Below are positions 60,295 through 64,000 of a stretch of 64,000 bases of DNA, piece by piece. Location: assembly GCA_963720955.1 (NCBI GenBank), contig CAVRHK010000028.1:48333-112332 (forward strand), in the 5' to 3' direction. The stretch comes from an uncultured Acidobacteriaceae bacterium. GTDB lineage: Bacteria; Acidobacteriota; Terriglobia; Terriglobales; Acidobacteriaceae. The notes under the pieces were generated by a model that saw only the letters and a list, made by a program, of their open reading frames with translations, had not been told where the DNA came from and ran no database searches. Positions within the stretch are counted from its first letter, which is position 1, and every line of letters begins with the position of its first letter. The translations under genes were made by a program, and so were the position numbers.

Positions 60295-63117
60295 ATGTGC
60301 AGCCGTTTTGTCTCTTCTTTCGCCCTTCCTGCCGCCATCCTTGTCGCCACATTCACCACAATCGCCCAGGCGGCGGTGGTGCAGGACCGCGTCGCGGGCT
60401 CCGTCAGCGGCAACAGCCGGATGGCACTTCCGGGGACCATAAGTGGCCACGCGAAGCACTCCGTTGACCTGGGCCTTGTGCCGAATGACCGCAAACTTGA
60501 CTCGCTCTCCCTGCGTTTCAACATGACCCAGGCCCAGCAGGCTGATCTCACCCAGCTTTTGGCTGCACAACTCGATCCGAGCTCGCCCAGCTATCACCAG
60601 TGGCTCACCTCGGAGCAGTTCGGTGCGCGCTTCGGCCTCAGCAGCAGCGATCTCGCGAAGGTTTCCTCATGGCTCACGAGCCAGGGATTTAGTATCACCA
60701 GCGTCGCCCGGAGCTCCACATTTATCACCTTTAGTGGCACGGTCGGGCAGGTGGAGCAGGCCTTTGGCACTACTATCCACAACGTTTCGCTCCATGGAGA
60801 GCAGCACTTCTCGAACCTAGCCGCTCCGACTCTGCCCTCGGCGATCGCAGGTGTTGTCCTTGCGGTGACCGGCCTTGACGACTTCAAGCTGAAGCCCCGC
60901 GCTCGCGCACGTAACACGACCACGGAACAACTGCAGCCGTTCTACTCTGTGACGACAAACGGGACAACCAGCCACTACATCGCGCCGTCCGACCTCTACA
61001 CGATTTACAACTATCCGTCTTCCTCAACCCTCAACGGCACCGGCATTACGATCGCGGTCATGGGACAGAGCGCCATCCGCCCGGCCGACGTGACCGCGTT
61101 TCGCGCTGCCGCTGGTTTGTCAGCAACTCTTCCGATTCAGACGCTCGTGCCGACCAGCACTAATCCAGGTTTTTCGGCAAACGATATTGATGAGGCACAA
61201 CTGGACGTTGAGTGGTCAGGTGCAGGCGCACCCGGAGCTACCATCAACTTCATCTACAGTACCGACGTGATCAACAGTTCGTTGACCTATGCGATCGACA
61301 CAAGCCCCACGATTGCACCCATCATTACCATCAGCTACGGCGGGTGCGAGAGCGGATTTTCCAGTAGCTTCGTCTCCAGCACCAATCAGCTCCTACAAAT
61401 GGCGAACGCGAAGGGAATCACCGTGATGAGTTCGTCGGGAGACTCTGGCGCGACCGACTGCGATACCTCCGGAGTTGCCTCGGAGGGTCTCAACGTCGAC
61501 TTCCCCAGCAGCTCTCCTTATGCCACGTCAGCCGGCGGCACGATGTTCAACGAAGGGAGCAATTCGGCGACTTACTGGAACACCGGGACGGGATCTGCAG
61601 GCTCCGCAAAAGGCTACATCCCTGAGGTTCCCTGGAATGAGACTACGGCCACCGGTGGTCTGGACGATGGTGGGGCCGGTGGCGGAGGTGCCAGCGGCTT
61701 CTTTGCGAAGCCCGCATGGCAGGTAGGACTTGGTGTGCCGAACGACTCTTCGCGAGACGTCCCGGATGTATCGCTCAACGCCGCCGCACAACACGACGGG
61801 TATGTCGTTTGCAGCCAGGGCTCATGCACCAACGGGTTCCTCTCTTCGAACGGCCAGCCGAATGTCTTCGGCGGAACTTCGTTCGTTGCGCCGACCCTCG
61901 CCGGCATTCTCGCCTTGGTCGAACAGCATCTGGGTACCGGCGCTCTCGGCAATATCGGACCCACGCTGTACGGCCTGGCTAACGGTCCGACCGCCTCCAG
62001 CATCTTCCATGACATCACCAGCGGCAACATCTCCGTGGTCTGTTCTCAGGGGACACCCAATTGCCCCAATGGCGGCTCAATCGGCTACAGCGCTGCAACG
62101 GGCTATGATCTGGCCACGGGCCTCGGCACCCTCAACGTCAACATGCTGGTCACCAACTGGGCAAGTGCGGTTCCGACGGGGACCGGCAGCACGATCGGTG
62201 CCGGTATCACCACTACCAAGCTCACAACGACAGGCTCTCTCTGCGCGATCACCTCCGGAACCCTCGCGCTCACCGCGACCGTGACGGGCTCCATTACGGG
62301 GACCACGCCAACCGGTACCGTCCAATTTTTCGTCGACAACGTGGCAGCAGGTGCGCCGCAGGCCCTGGTAAGCGGCAGCGCTACCTACAATTTGGTCACT
62401 ACTGCAGCGGCCGGGGTCTCCTCGGGTGGCCACACGATCAGCACGGTCTACTCCGGCGATGCTAACTACGCAGGATCCAAGGGCACGCTTCTCGCCTCCG
62501 ACGGCAGCTTCGCTTCCGTAGACATCGTCTCGACCACGCTGAAGGACTTCTCCATCACGCCCTGCACAGGAAGCGTCACGGTACTCTCAGGCGCGACGTC
62601 CACCGGCGTCGTCTTTACCATCACTCCGTTCAACGGCTTTACCGGCGCGGTTACCATGGCGGCCGTCAACAATAATCTCGGCGCCTTTACCCCATCGTTC
62701 TCGGTCACCCCGGTTAACATCACATCCACCGCCGGCGTTACCACCTCGTTTATCGTGAAGGCTTCTCAGACCACCACCGCAGAGCTCAGCCGGCCAGGCC
62801 TCGCTCCCTCGCGGCAACATCCTTCGGGTAGAACGCCTTGGTATGCCGCCGGGTCAGGTGCGACGCTCGCTTGTGTGCTGCTGCTTACGCTCCCACGCCG
62901 ACGCCGCTGGAGTGCGCTTCTTGCGGTTTTGATCTCTGTCGCCGCTGTGTCTGCTGTCGGGTGCGGCAGCAGTAGTTCGAATAGCGGTGGAAGTCCCGGC
63001 GGTGGTGGCGGCGGCACGACGACGACGAATGCGCAACGCGGCACCTACACCTTCACGATTACTGCGGTGTCGGGGACGTTGGTCCACAGTTCGCAAGTGG
63101 TTGTAACGGTTCAGTAG
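60295..63117 (+). CDS. S53 sedolisin-family serine protease with pro-domain, Ig-like domain and C-terminal membrane/lipobox tail
   Basis: YHQWLTSEQF prodomain; EAQLD, SSGDSG, GGTS and GYDLATGLG. Confidence 0.93.
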   Translation: MCSRFVSSFALPAAILVATFTTIAQAAVVQDRVAGSVSGNSRMALPGTISGHAKHSVDLGLVPNDRKLDSLSLRFNMTQAQQADLTQLLAAQLDPSSPSYHQWLTSEQFGARFGLSSSDLAKVSSWLTSQGFSITSVARSSTFITFSGTVGQVEQAFGTTIHNVSLHGEQHFSNLAAPTLPSAIAGVVLAVTGLDDFKLKPRARARNTTTEQLQPFYSVTTNGTTSHYIAPSDLYTIYNYPSSSTLNGTGITIAVMGQSAIRPADVTAFRAAAGLSATLPIQTLVPTSTNPGFSANDIDEAQLDVEWSGAGAPGATINFIYSTDVINSSLTYAIDTSPTIAPIITISYGGCESGFSSSFVSSTNQLLQMANAKGITVMSSSGDSGATDCDTSGVASEGLNVDFPSSSPYATSAGGTMFNEGSNSATYWNTGTGSAGSAKGYIPEVPWNETTATGGLDDGGAGGGGASGFFAKPAWQVGLGVPNDSSRDVPDVSLNAAAQHDGYVVCSQGSCTNGFLSSNGQPNVFGGTSFVAPTLAGILALVEQHLGTGALGNIGPTLYGLANGPTASSIFHDITSGNISVVCSQGTPNCPNGGSIGYSAATGYDLATGLGTLNVNMLVTNWASAVPTGTGSTIGAGITTTKLTTTGSLCAITSGTLALTATVTGSITGTTPTGTVQFFVDNVAAGAPQALVSGSATYNLVTTAAAGVSSGGHTISTVYSGDANYAGSKGTLLASDGSFASVDIVSTTLKDFSITPCTGSVTVLSGATSTGVVFTITPFNGFTGAVTMAAVNNNLGAFTPSFSVTPVNITSTAGVTTSFIVKASQTTTAELSRPGLAPSRQHPSGRTPWYAAGSGATLACVLLLTLPRRRRWSALLAVLISVAAVSAVGCGSSSSNSGGSPGGGGGGTTTTNAQRGTYTFTITAVSGTLVHSSQVVVTVQ

Positions 63118-63132
63118 CCGAGATTCGTACTG

Positions 63133-63160
63133 AAGGCCGCGCCGCACTGGCGCGGCCTTT
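63133..63160 (+). terminator. Intrinsic terminator-like hairpin
   Basis: AAGGCCGCGCC-GCACT-GGCGCGGCCTT(T), 15 nt after the S53 stop. Confidence 0.75.
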
Positions 63161-63408
63161 CCTGTTACGGGAATACTCTTTGGTAATCCGTGGCCTTTCC
63201 TTCTTGACCTTCTTAGTAGCTTCACGCAAGAATGGCGTCATGAGTGTGCAACTATTTGCATATCCAGCGTGACAAGAAACACTTAAGACGATGAAAAAAC
63301 AGGTGACGCAGTTTGGAAGCCAAACTGCTTGCTTGGGTAGTACTTTGCTCCAATTTGGTTGCTGGGAGAAGGCCGTTTGCCCCTCTCCAGCAGCAGGAAT
63401 CTATCGAA

Positions 63409-64000
63409 ATGCCTTGGATCTCAAGAGTTCCGGTGACTGTCGTCCTGGTCTTCGCTGCCGCCGTTGTCCCGGCGCTCTCGCAGTCCTCGCTGCCTAGACC
63501 TCGCTCCCGTGTCCTCCAGGCAGTCGATGACTCTCAGACCTCCACCCTTGGAGGCAACACCCATCCGCTCGCCCGTCCCGAGTTCGACCGGGGCGCTCTT
63601 GCCGACGCGACGCCTCTGCGACGCATGGTGCTGGTCCTCCAGCGCAGCGCCGAACAGGAGACCGCTCTCCAGCAGCTCATCGACCAGCAGCAGGACAAGA
63701 CCTCTTCCACCTATCACCAGTGGCTGACGCCGGAGACATTCGGCACTGCCTTCGGTCCTACGGATCGGGATCTCTCCGCTGTTACCGCCTGGCTCTCGGG
63801 GCAGGGCTTCTCGGGCATCCAGGTCAACGCTGCCCGCACCTTCATCGAGTTCAACGGCACCGCCGGCATGGTTCGCAGCGCCTTCCGAACGACCATGCAC
63901 CGCTATGCGGTTCGCGACGAGCAACACTACGCGAATGCCTCGGATCCCGCCGTTCCCGCCGCCCTTGCGCCGGTCGTTGCCGGCATCGCGTCGCTCAACA
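63409..64000 (+). CDS. Second S53 protease (signal peptide and pro-domain), runs off window end
   Basis: Not in the ORF track because there is no stop. Reads MPWISRVP...LGGNTHPLARPEFDRG...YHQWLTPETFG...HYANASDP. Confidence 0.88.
   Translation, partial: MPWISRVPVTVVLVFAAAVVPALSQSSLPRPRSRVLQAVDDSQTSTLGGNTHPLARPEFDRGALADATPLRRMVLVLQRSAEQETALQQLIDQQQDKTSSTYHQWLTPETFGTAFGPTDRDLSAVTAWLSGQGFSGIQVNAARTFIEFNGTAGMVRSAFRTTMHRYAVRDEQHYANASDPAVPAALAPVVAGIASLN

Overview
Bacterial chromosomal window, most consistent with an Acidobacteriota (Terriglobia/Acidobacteriaceae-like) genome. The evidence is an ADOP duplicated permease, tandem S53 sedolisins with Ig-like domains, and acidobacterial-style REP hairpins; this assignment is inferred, not database-verified. 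About 50 CDSs are present. They include kynA-kynU, a GntR/DoxX/ChrA/DUF427/MOSC block, a decaying oxidoreductase block, and a phosphoesterase-PLD-atypical kinase-ABC exporter cluster. Also present are CE15+GH106, IorAB-like genes, a diguanylate cyclase, a cNMP histidine kinase, an orphan Hcp, a haem-ankyrin-QW-repeat protein, an M16 peptidase pair, an orphan T4-type lysozyme, ROK+GH105+lyase, a fadN-fadA-fadE-type operon and two S53 proteases. About ten genes carry single-base frameshifts that look like long-read consensus errors. I saw no rRNA, tRNA, CRISPR array or transposase. The most striking unexplained signal is a ~450-bp non-coding direct repeat (40447-40897 and 43448-43898). Its core folds on the minus strand into several GNRA-capped hairpins, with substitutions between the copies that preserve pairing, so it is a candidate duplicated, unannotated ~285-nt structured ncRNA with its own conserved upstream region.
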